Shown here: piece after piece, positions 1 to 11,644 of the stretch
Layout of the letters: each line of letters starts with the position of its first letter
Position numbering within the stretch: the stretch's first letter is position 1
NCBI GenBank assembly: GCA_012026655.1
Contig: JAAILG010000425.1
Coordinates: forward strand, 1 to 64,000
Source: Hydrolagus affinis
Taxonomy: Eukaryota
Reading direction: 5' to 3'
DNA: 64,000 nt
Program-made: the position numbers and the translations under genes
The notes under the pieces: model-generated
Seen by the model: only the letters and a program-made list of their open reading frames with translations
Told to the model about the DNA's origin: nothing
Database searches by the model: none

Positions 1-143
1 GAGCCAGGTACGTTCAACTGCTCTCACTTGGCTTTTGAGGGAGCGGAGGTGAGGTGTGTACCACGGTGATGATCGGGAGTGGGAGACGGGTTTGGAGGTG
101 AGGGGGGCCAGGGTGTCGAGGGTAGTGGAGAGGGTGTTATGGA
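1..143 (-). mobile_element. L2-clade LINE ORF2 fragment (EN-RT linker), cut by the window edge
   Basis: Minus strand translates to HNTLSTTLDTLAPLTSKPVSHSRSSPWYTPHLRSLKSQVRAVERTW, matching the L2 pattern LDxxAP...PWYT...LR..K...R..ER.W. Confidence 0.85.
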
Positions 144-159
144 CAACCAATCCACAAAT

Positions 160-335
160 ACAATTGGTCAGTCACCTCTTGGCTGTGTGTGGGACATTGC
201 TGTATGCAAATTGGCTGCCGCATCTGCCTATAAAATACAAAGTCACTATACTTTACAGTATATCCTGTGAAGTGTTTGAAATGTCCTCCTGATATGAAAG
301 TTGTCACATCAATTGTAAGTATTATTATTTATATA
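160..335 (+). mobile_element. SINE 3' half with L2-type tail
   Basis: GTGGGACATTGCTGT...AATTGGCTGCCGCAT...TGTGAAGTGTTTGAAATGTC...ATTATTATT, matching the 3' half of the full copy at 39585. Confidence 0.8.
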
Positions 336-1419
336 TTATTAAATGATATGCACCCATTCAATACCAGCAGTTTGAGGTTTTCATTTTAATTACCAATATT
401 CGCTTATAATTTATTTGCTATCATGACTAACACAAAGAGCAGATAGAGCATTGGTTCAGCAGTGAATCCGTTTATCTCTTGCTGGAAAACAAATTCTGCT
501 CAATTTTTACAGATGAATTGCTCATCACTACGCCACAATAAGCATTTAGCTAATCATATACACATAGCATTCAATCTTGATTATGATGTCTGACTGTAGC
601 ATTTGAGGGAAGATAAATAACTGGATACAAAGCCAACCAAGCCATCTCTCAGCTGGAATTCTGTGTCTGCATCGCTGCAGGACAAGCTCTGCAATGACAG
701 GCCTGGCAGGTACACACCCATTTCTCACCAACAGTTGTTGGTTCAGACTATCAATTTGCGCCAACAACAGGGTTTGAATTTATTCATCACATTGTGCTCC
801 AATGACAATTTTTCCCATTGTTTGACGTCTCCCAGGATTGCTTCACTATGGGGGAAAGAGACATATTGAGTAAATAGATGCAATGGCTTGCAGCAGCCTG
901 ATGAAGGTCTTTTGCAGTCGGATTTGTGTTTGAAAGCTGCCACTTGCACAAAAATGAAGTGCTTCAGGACCTGCAAATCAGCTGGAAAGCGTGACTTCTC
1001 TGTTCCAAGCCATTAACGAAAAGTTCACACGATCTGAAATGATACTTTATAGAAATCTCTAATGACATTGCAGTATACATTATTCTTCCCCAGATGTAGT
1101 ATTAATGCTAACATTTGTGGATGGGCAATTCATCAGTACTAGTGGCTGCAGCAGTCAACATTACCAATGCAGAACTCGATCCACCATCCATCTATACAAA
1201 TGAAGCTTGATCTTAATTACGTAGTCAAAAACAGCCATTTTAAAATAATTATTTGTAACTATTCGCACGACTAAGAATAAAGTTAAAGTTTCTTTTTAAT
1301 AATAACCAGAATCTATTTTATATTTAAAAATGTAACAATTGGCAATCTAAAATACGAGGCATGTTAGCAATCCAGTCAGTCAATCGGGAGCTGTCAGTAT
1401 AAAATACAGGCATGTTACA

Positions 1420-1640
1420 ATAAATAATAATGATAATCCTTGCGTTTGATATAACACCTAATGAAATCAAAACTTACATTTGTATAGCGCCTTTCATGTC
1501 AAGAGGACGTCCCAGAGTGCTGTACAGTTAGGTAGGGACAAGAGCAGGGGTAGAGAGGTCGGGGCAGGATGAAGTAGAGTAGGAAAATTGACTGTATATT
1601 TATGGGCGAAACTTTATTTATGGCAGCCAAATTGCGCACA
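1420..1640 (-). mobile_element. SINE 3' part with type-B (GGGACGT...AAAGGCGCTATA) tail plus an adjacent type-A tail stub
   Basis: Reverse complement reads AATTTGGCTGCC...AAATATACAGTCAATTTTCCTACTCT, then a pyrimidine tract, then CTGGGACGTCCTCTTGACATGAAAGGCGCTATACAAATGTAAG. Confidence 0.75.
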
Positions 1641-1649
1641 AATATCATA

Positions 1650-2040
1650 ACATTGAGACATCACAAAGTGCTTCACAGATACTGCAAAGCGGATGACTGT
1701 ATTTTGTGGGTGAAACACAGTAGCTGTTTGGACATATCAATGTCCCACAAACAGCCATGAAGTGAATGACCAATTTTATTTGGGGCCTTGTTGACTCGGA
1801 CACTGGGAGAAACTCTCTCCTCTTTTCAAATAGTGCCATGCAATCTTTAACGTTCACCTGAACAGACAGATGGCACCTTGATTTAACATCTCATCCAAAG
1901 GACGGCACCTCCGACAATGCAACACGCTCCCAGCACTGCATTAGAATGTCATCTTAGACAATGTGAGTTCAAGTCCCTACGTGTGACTTGACCCATAAAC
2001 ATGTGACTCAGAGGAGAGAATACTACCACTGAGCCAGGCT
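1650..2040 (-). mobile_element. Near full-length Deu-domain SINE (SacSINE1/AmnSINE1-like)
   Basis: Minus strand has a tRNA-like head TGGCTCAGTGGTAG, then the Deu core TGCAGTGCTGGGAGCGTGTTGCATTGTCGGAGGTGCCGTCCTTTGGATGAGATGTTAAA...TTCAGGTGAACGTTAAAGATTGCATGGCACTATTTGAA, then an L2-type tail. Confidence 0.85.
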
Positions 2041-2129
2041 ATTTGTGTTGCCATTTGTCACGAATAACTGCAGGAGAAAGTACCATTCTGAATAAATGTT
2101 GAAGTGTGTATCACACAAATAAGAATATT

Positions 2130-2330
2130 TCTACCTGTTCAGGTGGATATTAAAACTGTACAAAAAGAATAGAATTTCTCCTGGTGTTCCAGCCAACAAT
2201 GTCTCAGATAAAATAAGTCGTTCACTTTATGGCTATATGAGACCTTCTTGGGTATTATAATATGGCTCCAAATGCGCAGTCATTACACTCGACATCAATT
2301 ACCTATGACAGGCTTGAAACATTTTGTCAA
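2130..2330 (+). mobile_element. Degraded Deu-domain SINE fragment
   Basis: CTGTTCAGGTGGATATTAAAA...TTCTCCTGGTGTTCCAGCCAACAA resembles the 3' part of the Deu core. Confidence 0.55.
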
Positions 2331-3420
2331 ATATTATTGTTTTGTATTTCATTAGAAAATAACTTTTTCTAAATCTATAAATACAGTGTACGAAAAGTGA
2401 CATGGGATGCCATGTAAATATTGGGATTCATTGAGTGAGATGATGTGCAGTGTCTCAGGATATCGATGTCGGATGACGTGCTATGGTTTTACATTCAAAA
2501 CCCATTTTAGTTTGCTGAGCTGTTGTGCTCTGCTATGGGGAGACTGTATGACATTGGCCTGGAAACTGGTTCATTGCCTACCTCTTAACTGTAGCTTGTG
2601 GGTGTCCCATGAAGACTTGGGGGGAAAGGGATTTTATCTGGAGAATTGTTGTTCAGGAAACTGGGGAAAACTGAAATGTAGAATATAGAACACAAATACT
2701 TCGCTGGCTACAATGCTACTTTGCTACTTGTTAAAGCTGCCGGAACTAAATTAAAGAAGTCTTAATTTCCTTTAACCAACCCTCAAGGTAGAGCCTAATA
2801 CTCCCCATGGGTTGAACATGCAATTGTTGGCAGTTAAATCCTGTTCCCAACAGATCAGAACAGGATGGGGTAGATCTGATGAGAGTTGAATGTGAAAGTA
2901 AGTTGTGGCCAGCAAAAATTTACTGTTGCTCATTCTGATTCTACTTACCGGTATTTTAAAAATCTTTTTACCTTATCTGTAGTGTATTTTAAGATGAAAT
3001 GCAACATCATCACAAGAAGTTCACGGGCTAAGTTGGTCTGGGAGTGCATGTGTGTAAATGCACGAGTGTGACAAATAAGATTGGTGAGCTGCAGGCTCAA
3101 GTTGCCACATGGGGATATGATGCAGTAGCAGTAACGGATACTTAGCTCAAACAAGGGCAGGAATGGGAACTGAGTATTCCTGACTATAATGTATTCAGGA
3201 GGGATAGGGAAGAAACAAAAGGAAAGGGGTGGTGGCAATATTAATTAAAGACACGGTTACAACCTTGGAAAGGGACGAGGTGCTAGAGGGCCTTAAAACA
3301 GAATCTATCTGGTTAGAGTTAAGGAACAAAAAAGGAGCTGTTAGGATATACTATAGGCCACAAAATAATGGGAAGGAGATAGACGAGCAGATCTGCAAGC
3401 AGATTTGAGAAAGATGCAAA

Positions 3421-3477
3421 ACAACAACAACAAAATTACACTTGTATGGCACCTTTCACATCAGGAGGACCTTCCAA
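3421..3477 (-). mobile_element. Short L2/SINE type-B tail inserted in the CR1 endonuclease region
   Basis: ACAACAACAACAAAATTACACTTGTATGGCACCTTTCACATCAGGAGGAC is the reverse complement of the (TTG)n-ending tail and interrupts the EN frame before RVVIMGDFN. Confidence 0.75.
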
Positions 3478-3619
3478 TAGAGTAGTGATAATGGGGGGAC
3501 TTCAATTAACAGACTGGCAAAATAACAATGTAAAAGGACATGGAGGGGGAAGGATTCCTGAAATCTGTACAGGAAAATTTTCTTGATCTGGATTTGGGTA
3601 TAGGGACTACAGTTTTCCA

Positions 3620-3709
3620 TGTCACCATGCAATTAACCATTAATCAGAGTTGTAAAATTATCTACCATCAGTACCATGACTACTGTTCTGCTCTTGTTTG
3701 TACCGGTGT
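3620..3709 (+). repeat. 90-bp dispersed duplication, copy A (inside CR1 RT)
   Basis: Ungapped match to 11555-11644, 78 of 90 identical by manual count. Confidence 0.92.
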
Positions 3710-6660
3710 TTGTGGATGATACCAAGATAGGAAAAGTAGTAAATAGTAAGGAGGATAGTAACAGACTGCAAGAGGACATAGGACACAATGGTAAAATGGG
3801 TAGATGCATGGCAGGTGAAGTTTAATATGGAGAAATGCGAGATAATGCATTTTGGGAGGAAGAATGAAGAGAGGCAATATAGGCTAGATAGTACAATCTT
3901 AAGGGGGGGTGAAGGATTAGAGAGACTTGGGGGTTCATGTAAGTAAATCTTTGAAGGTGGCAGGACAGGTAGACAAGCTGTTAAAAAAGCAGACGGGATA
4001 TTAAGCTTTATAAATAGAGTACAAAATTCAAGAAGTTATGATTAACCTGTATAAAATGCTGGTTAGGCCTCAGCTAGAGTATTGTGTTGAGTGCTGGGCA
4101 CCACACTTTAGGAAGGATGTTTAGGCATTGGAAAGGGTGCAGAGGAGATTTACCAAGATGATACCAGGAATGAGGGATTTTGGTTGAAAATCTGGAGAGG
4201 CTAGGATTATTCTCAAATGGAGCAGAGAAGGTTACAAGGAGACCTAATAGAGGTTTTCAAAATCATGAGGGGATTCGATAGGGTAAACATGGAAAAACTG
4301 CTTCCACTGGTGTGTGTTAGTGACCCGAGGTCACAGATTTAAAATAATTTTTGAAATAAACAGAGAGGTGAGGAGAATTTTTTTCACGCAGAGAGTTGTT
4401 CGAATCTGGAATGCATTGCCTGAAAGGGTGGTGGAGGGCGATTCAATAACAACTTTTAAAAGAGATGTGGATGGTTATTTGTGGAGGACAAATTATGGGC
4501 AGAGCCGGGGATTGGGAATGACTTTGAATAGCTCTTTTCAAAGAGCCGGCACAGATACGATGGGCCGAATGGCCTCCTTTTGTGCTGTAAAATTCTATGA
4601 AGTTGACTCCTACCCAGTTGGAGAAAAAAATTGGGAGGGTAAGACAGGATCAAATAGTGGAGATAAATGGGTATTCTGGAGTTTTGAAGATTTGTGCAGA
4701 CCTTTGCTCAGGAGATAGAATAAATGGGGTGGAGGACATGATATGTGGCTTTGAAATAGCTTGGGGTTGGTGGCCCCAATTATTTTTTCTCATTCCATGC
4801 TTTATTGTATTAATAAGTCCTGCAGTCTCATTTTGGTGACGCAAACTTAACTACAGGAAATGAAGAATTGTGCAAAGTATATGTGCGTTACTTGCATTTC
4901 ATTCTTCCAGTCCATTCATCTCCTCAAGTACATAATAATCTTGGTAGAATGAAAGAGTTTTTTATTGAGGAAAACACGCAGAAGAAAACAATATGATGAA
5001 AAATGAATGATGACAACACATAAACCCTAAATCAATGTGATTGATGCTAAGATGTTAAAGATGTCAAGATGTCCTGATGTTACCAACCCAAGTTCTGGCA
5101 ACACTAGATATGGAAATGTTTCAGTAACAAATTGATGGCACGCGAGGGCAGCAATTGCCAGATTTTCAGCTGCTCTGCTGTTTCACCATGTGAGTCTAAA
5201 GATTGGATTGGGTTTAATTACTCATTTAGAATTTCTGCAATTTCTTTGTGTCAAAGATTATAAAATAAATGTTTAACCTGCCAGATTTTCTATTTTCTTA
5301 GAATAATATGGTATGACATACACAAAATACAGTGACCACACTCTTGAATAAATCCTGTGAGGCACTTTGAGATGTTCTCCCAATGTTAAAAGCACTACAT
5401 CAAATGTTAGTATTATTGTTATTGCTTTTATCCTGTTCAAATTTTAAATAGTTTAAGTTATCAATATGCATTATTATCACATTATAAATACACTAATAGG
5501 ATTTGTGCCTTCTTCGAGAAATGTATTCAGCTTTTTAACATATCTAACAGCAGAAAATCACTGATTTTTGAACTGGAAATGGTCTTGAGATTGCTTGATT
5601 GAACATCCATCTATCTTCACATTATGTACAGAAATAAACGTTATCAGTCGAGGCCATTAATATGCATTGTCACAGGCAAAGCATTAGAGAAGCTAATACA
5701 AAATGTATGGAAGGTAACAGACAGATTGCTGGTAGATTGTGAAGATATGTCAAATTCTCTGAGGCTAACATGATTAGTGATGTTGCACATATAAACTCAA
5801 AAGCAATGTCAAACATTGTACAGCATTCATGCTTATCTTAATTCCAATGGAAAATAATATGCACACACCTGCCTAATAAATGAGATTGCATGAGTTGTGG
5901 GAACAGTTGATAAAATTAATAATGAATAAATTATACCAGAAGTACAAAATTGCAATGATTTATTTCAGTGGTGAAATGTTGTGAAAAAAGATTGGTGCGC
6001 TGTAACATGAGATTATTAAAATAATTCAACCCTAGAAAAAGCAGTGCTGCTTCAGAATAGCTAGCCTTACTTGTTTCAGGGTTTGTCATCAATAAGTGAT
6101 TGTCATTCAACGAGTGAGCTTTCTCAGGGGTTTGGCTATTTTCATGTTACAGTATTAACATTACAGTAGCCACTTTCCCAAACCAAGATAGAGGTCTGAC
6201 AATGGAGATGGAATGATCCCGAGCCATACACAGTCCTTGCATGACAAGAAAGGAGTAGAGATCGTGATTAAGCTTTGTGTTGGGTTAAAAAAGGGAAGAG
6301 TTTGGGTATATTTCAGCCACCTACTGCTGCAGTTGAGCACAGTGGAGAGCTGTTGAGTTTTTTTTTACCAATTTTAAGGATGTGGAAAAGAGAATACAAG
6401 CATTTCAGAGTGAGTCTGAATGGCTTCTGGTGTGCAAACTGGAACATTTCATGTTGTCAGTGAAGTGTACTGTAGTGTAGCTCTCTGGGACTCTACTCTG
6501 CATGAGGGCGCTATATAAGTGCAAATTGTTACTGTTGTACTCTTCTGTGGCTGAAATTGGGGGTGAAGGTGCATAGATGAAGAATTGAAGGTGAGAGTTA
6601 ACGTTCCAGTCAAGTAGTACTTGATCTAAGTACTGAGTGAGTGCTAAGTACTGTTTCAGG

Positions 6661-7004
6661 ATAATAATAATAATAATAACAATAATAATAATAATAATAA
6701 TCCTCGCTTTTGATATAGCGCCTTATCATATCTTCTGGATGTCTCAAAGTGATTCACAGAATATATTGTAAAGTGAATTGACTGTATATTTATGGGAAAA
6801 TGCGGCAGCCAATTGCACAGAGCAGTGTCCCATAAACAGTTGTGCATTGAAATGACCAATTTATTATTGTTTTCTCTTCCTGAGGGATTATTATCAGGGG
6901 TGTGGAGTAAGGAAACTTGCCCAAGGATTCGCCCTGACCTACCGAAAATCAAACCCATGTCTCTCGTTTGCAAGGCAAGTGCTCTAACTACTGAGCTACA
7001 GGAC
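6661..7004 (-). mobile_element. Full-length tRNA-derived SINE with (ATT)n tail
   Basis: Minus strand: GTCCTGTAGCTCAGTAGTTAGAGCAC head (A box), degenerate B box, body matching the 39585 copy, long (AAT)n at 6661-6700. Confidence 0.92.
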
Positions 7005-7120
7005 AATAATAATCCTTGCATTTGATATAGCACTTTTCTTTGAGATGTTTCAAAGCGCTTTGCAGAATTATATTGTAAAATAAATTGACTGTATTTGTGG
7101 GTGAAATGCGGCAGCCAATT
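7005..7120 (-). mobile_element. 5'-truncated SINE whose tail abuts the head of the full-length copy
   Basis: AATAATAATCCTTGCATTTGATATAGCAC...CAAAGCGCTT...GGCAGCCAATT. Confidence 0.85.
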
Positions 7121-7941
7121 CCCCCCACATTTCCCCCCACCATTCTCCCCGACCCCTCTCTGGGATCTCTGAAATGCACCCCGACCAACACAGGAAGGAA
7201 TGGGAATTGTGAAGGAAATGTGCTGAGTGTGAATCATGGAAATCAATCCTTCAACTTGAGAGCATTTTGACTATTTGTGTAATATGCAGAAAATGAATAA
7301 GAAATCCTTTCGTTGAGAAAAAGAGCTTAGTGACTTTTCACGAGAAGATTTTTGGAATGCAACAAAGAACTGTAACAAAGGGGCTAGATTGCTTTTCCTG
7401 TGCTTCCAGTGAATTGGGATGAAACTTCAGATAACTATTTAAGTCATTTTTCATAGAAAGAAGGTCCTTAGCAGCTTGACACATTGTGCATAGACTCTCC
7501 TTCACTCTATAAAACACACATTTGGTTGGTCTATAGTAGTTATATATATATAATATATATATATGTGTATATATCTAACATCTTCATCTTTCTAGCAAGT
7601 ATTGGTAGAGTGAAGATGATTTATGGTGGTACAATGCAAAAATAATACTGTGTCCAGCCTTGTTATTATTCATACATATACTCATCACACCTTGTTTTAT
7701 TTACGTTTTGTAGTATAAAAGCAGATAGTTCACTGTATGGTTCGTTCCCCTGCAGTGAATATTCTATTTGTAACAAAACTTGTTAAAAACTTATTCATGT
7801 AAACATTATAGTTGTTTTGCCCCTATAAAGAAGTAATCTTATACAACCATTAAGTTATCTTTGACATCTATGGTGTAAAATTGCCAGCTGGATGGTTTGA
7901 GTCACTACATTAAAATAAATCCCATAAATTGAAGGATTGTG

Positions 7942-8260
7942 GAGCCCTGTAGCTCAGTGGTTAAAGCACTCACCTTACAAGTGAGAGACCTGGTTTCAAT
8001 TCCAGACAGGTTCAATTGAAAGGTTTCAATTTAAACCTTTTCCTTACTCCACATGCCAAATAATAATCCCTCAAAAAAAAATTCGGCACTTCAATCCATG
8101 ACTGTTTGTAGGACACTCCTGTGCACATTTGACTGCTGCATTTTGACCACATATATACAGTCAATTCACTTTACAGTATATTCTGTGAAGCGCTTTGAGA
8201 CGTCCAGAAGATGTGAAAAGCGCTATATCAAATGCAAGGATTATAATTATTATTAGTATT
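7942..8260 (+). mobile_element. Full-length tRNA-derived SINE
   Basis: A box TAGCTCAGTGG, anticodon-like hairpin CTCAC-CTTACAA-GTGAG, B-box-like GGTTTCAATTCC, tail TGTGAAGCGCTTTGAGACGTC...AAATGCAAGGATTATAATTAT. Confidence 0.92.
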
Positions 8261-8264
8261 ATAA

Positions 8265-8435
8265 AACACTCTGTGACATCCTTCTGACATGAAAGGTGTT
8301 GTATCAAATGCAAGGTTTATTGTAATTATTATTTATTTACTGTTCAATTCTGATCATCTGCAATGAATACTGTCCAGCAACTTGGGATGTCCTCTTGACG
8401 TAAAAAAAGCACTATATAAATACAATTTGTTGTTG
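8265..8435 (+). mobile_element. Two further isolated SINE/L2 3' tails in tandem
   Basis: GACATC...GACATGAAAGGTGTTGTATCAAATGCAAGG and TTGGGATGTCCTCTTGACGTAAAAAAAGCACTATATAAATACAATTTGTTGTTG. Confidence 0.7.
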
Positions 8436-9824
8436 GGTGCTGAGATTGTGTAATTACTTGGAGTTGACTTCATTAAGCATTAAGTCATTTGGTAACCACA
8501 AGCTTACAATATATTACCATTTTTTCTCCAGAAAAGTCCAGTCAGCATTTATTTCATTATATTCACAGGCTATAGTTACTTATCAATACTAATCAGTCAC
8601 ATTGAATCAGTTCATTGAATACTGCAGCAATATACTCTGACTCTGAGATCAAAGGTCCTGCAATTGTAATATTCCTCTTGAGATTTTAGAACCTGATATC
8701 TAAAAGCAATTGCTATCAACGCAAATTACTTAATGTTTTCTGATAGCAATTCAATTAAATTACCTTTCATACTGTTTTCATAAATTGTCTGGGAACTCTG
8801 CAATGCAGCTGATCATTCATTGATCTCCAAAATGGTCCATTTAAAATCTCCCCTGATTTTGTATAAGGGAGGACAACTGTACTGCAAAATACATGTTGAT
8901 CAATTATAAACAATTATCCTTTTACCTAAAGCAAAGTCAGATTCTGGTTGCACAATACAGTACTGCTGCTGGATTACCGCTTAGGGAATTTTTGTTACCA
9001 ATGCCAGTGCAAAGCAGTTATAACTGAACTGCCAGAGCAATGCTGGCTGTGACAGATTAAACCTGATAGCCATTGCTGCTGTTGCTGAATGCTGGTCCAT
9101 TGCTCTGTTGTGAAAATGCCAAATAGAACAAACACTGCTTTTGTTATGAAGCTCATATTTCATGGTGTTACACTTTACCTGGCATTCCCACAAACCAAAT
9201 AGAATTGTGTCCTAACTGCAATATTTATCGAGAATATTATTAGAAATGCATTTTCCATTGTTGAATAATTAATCTATGCATTTTAGAATTAAGCATATTA
9301 TCAACCATTACTGTTAATATAATTGTTTTTTTAATAATTCACTAGGCAGGTACAATCATAGCTACTGCTCTAATCCGCTTTATTTGTTATGATTGTAAAT
9401 CGCTGCTCTCTTGTGCATTTACTTTATTAATATTTACGTGAATGTATTGTGTCTAAATACAGCTGAATGTATAACGCCAATAATTGGCAACCTACAATTC
9501 AACAATATCTGAACGACACTCTTGCATGTTGTAAGTACCTCATTTACTGAGCTATTTTGACTGTTTAAATAGCGAACAATGAGTATGTGATGTAGTTGTC
9601 ACAAGATGGTGCTGTAAGCAGATTATCTTCAGGATAGTGCAAGCATTTGTTAGGTTTGGAAGCATGAGAACTTCCTTTTTGGGAAGAATAACCCTTTCTC
9701 GTTTTGAATATTTCCTCCCCTGTCAGGTGTGGGTGGGTGTGTGAGTGGGTGGGTGGGTGGGGAAGGGGATGGAAGCTTGCTCTGCAAAAATTTGCACAAA
9801 AGTTTGTGAGTAAACGTTGGGCTA

Positions 9825-9945
9825 AATAATAATAATAATAATCATCATCCTTGCATTTGAAATAGTGCCTTATCATATCGTCAAGATATCTCAAAGCATT
9901 TCATAGGATATATGGTCATGTGGATTTGACTCTGCATTTTTGGGG
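9825..9945 (-). mobile_element. SINE 3' tail
   Basis: (AAT)n CATCCTTGCATTTGAAATAGTGCCTTATCAT...TCTCAAAGCATTTCA. Confidence 0.7.
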
Positions 9946-10429
9946 CAAAATCTCTACTCTGATTTAAACCTAAACTCCGATTTCTCCTTGTGAGAGCACA
10001 CCAATGCCTGTGAGATTATGGGGACCCAACCTATTGCTGGCAGTACGACATGTGTTCGCTGCCTTCCTATTCAATATAACTACATCACATATGTGAATCG
10101 CTGGGGAGAAAAAACAAGAGCAGATGGGGATGGTAGAAGTGAGCAAAAGTTTAGATATTGGGATCAAAACCTAACATATTCTTGCACCAGAGCTCACCAG
10201 AGCCTTGTTGTGCCACTGTACCTGATGCTCTGCTGTGCTGCAAGGATGAGCTGCTAATTGTTCTGTGCTGTGGAGTAATATGTAGAGTAAATCTTATACT
10301 TGTTAGCTGTGAATAGTTCAAAATAAATTGTCCTGTGAAATGGGGAACTGGTGTGTATCCATTTCTGAGCCGATATTTAACGCCCTCTTGTGTCACAATT
10401 GTACCATACACTTGGGGTCTCTTGTTTGA

Positions 10430-10560
10430 TGCATAATGCTGTCATTTCACCCACAATATATACACATGGTCAATCCACTTTACAATATATTCTGTGAAGC
10501 GTTCTGAGATTTCTAAATGACGCAATCAGGCACTATATCAAATGCAAAGATTATTATAGT
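10430..10560 (+). mobile_element. SINE 3' tail
   Basis: CACTTTACAATATATTCTGTGAAGCGTTCTGAGA...CACTATATCAAATGCAAAGATTATTAT. Confidence 0.7.
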
Positions 10561-11554
10561 ATTTTTGTTTTCTATTTCTCTGAAGCTGCCATTACCAATT
10601 GCACTGGAAAATAAGTTTTACTACCACATTCCTGCCCATCAGGAGAAAACTTCAGCAGGTTGCAGACTTGACTTGTTAACCCTGTACCAAATACAAATAT
10701 CTAATTATAGAACGGAAATTATTATAAGTTTAGAAATGTCACGAAAGTCATAGGCCAGGCAGCAGTGCACTTGTTTCAGTACATGTATGGAGGGAGCTTT
10801 CTTTGATTCAAACACAGCATTACCGCAACGATCTGCTCACATTTCCTCACCAATGTTGCCAATGCTGTACTGCTTGATGTAGTGTAAATGGGACACTTGT
10901 CTCAAAGGATACATAGGATATCAGCCATTTTTGACGCAGTTAGTTTTACCTTTGAGGACTTGGCGAGGAAAAAAAACTAACTGTGATATGCATTAACCTT
11001 TCAGATTGCTCTTTAGAAAGATAAGAGTTAGCACCTTCTATACTGATGGGTTATTACTGCTGAATACCACTTATAATCATGTTCACATCATTACAGCATA
11101 TTATCTGTCCCACTGAATATTGTTTTTTTAAAAAATATGTGTATTTTAACTTAAAACAAAGAGTAACACTACTTTAATGTTTTTTTCCCTTTAGTTTCTG
11201 AACCCTTCATCTCTGAATTCAACTATACAGACGGTAACTCTGAAACCATGAATGTAGGAATTCAAACTGTAGGCATCACAACATTTCTCAGAAACATAAC
11301 TTCTGACATTGAATGAATGTTTCTCAGCAGATGTTTATACAGGAACATAGAAAGACTTGGGTTCTCCTCCATGTGTGTTATAGGTTGGTTAACATCTATA
11401 AACTGTCATGGTTCGGGTGAAGGGGCGGATCATACCGAAGAATACTGGGGAAAAAATAAAGATAATTCTCAAAAGCAAATTGTTTTAAAGAAAAAAATGT
11501 ACAGAGAAGGAGGTTTAAGTATTTTAAATATTCTCATTCCTCAGTCAAATGATC

Positions 11555-11644
11555 TGTCTCCATGCAATTAACCATTAAGCAAAGTTGTAAAATTATCTAA
11601 CAATGGTACCATGATTGCTGTTCTGCTCTTGTTCATACCAGTGT
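11555..11644 (+). repeat. 90-bp dispersed duplication, copy B (in apparently unique DNA)
   Basis: TGTCTCCATGCAATTAACCATTAAGCAAAGTTGTAAAATTATCT...GTACCATGATTGCTGTTCTGCTCTTGTT matches 3620-3709. Confidence 0.92.

Larger units (their letters stand above)
3045..4598 (+). mobile_element. CR1 LINE, defective: APE endonuclease start, large internal deletion, RT C-terminus and 3' UTR
   Basis: EN motifs CMCVNAR..NKIGEL, YDAVAVT, YNVFRRDR, IYYRP, VVIMGDFN. It jumps at about 3585 to RT DLDLGIGTTV, then FVDDTK, WQVKFNMEKC, LVRPQLEYC, LERVQRRFTK, FFTQRVVRIWNALP, and a 3' end ATGGGCCGAATGGCCTCC...ATTCTATGA. Stops and frameshifts are present. Confidence 0.95.

Noticed and set aside
6656-7246. 196-aa minus-strand ORF
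   Set aside because: Runs through two SINEs; the poly-Leu end is the (ATT)n tail.
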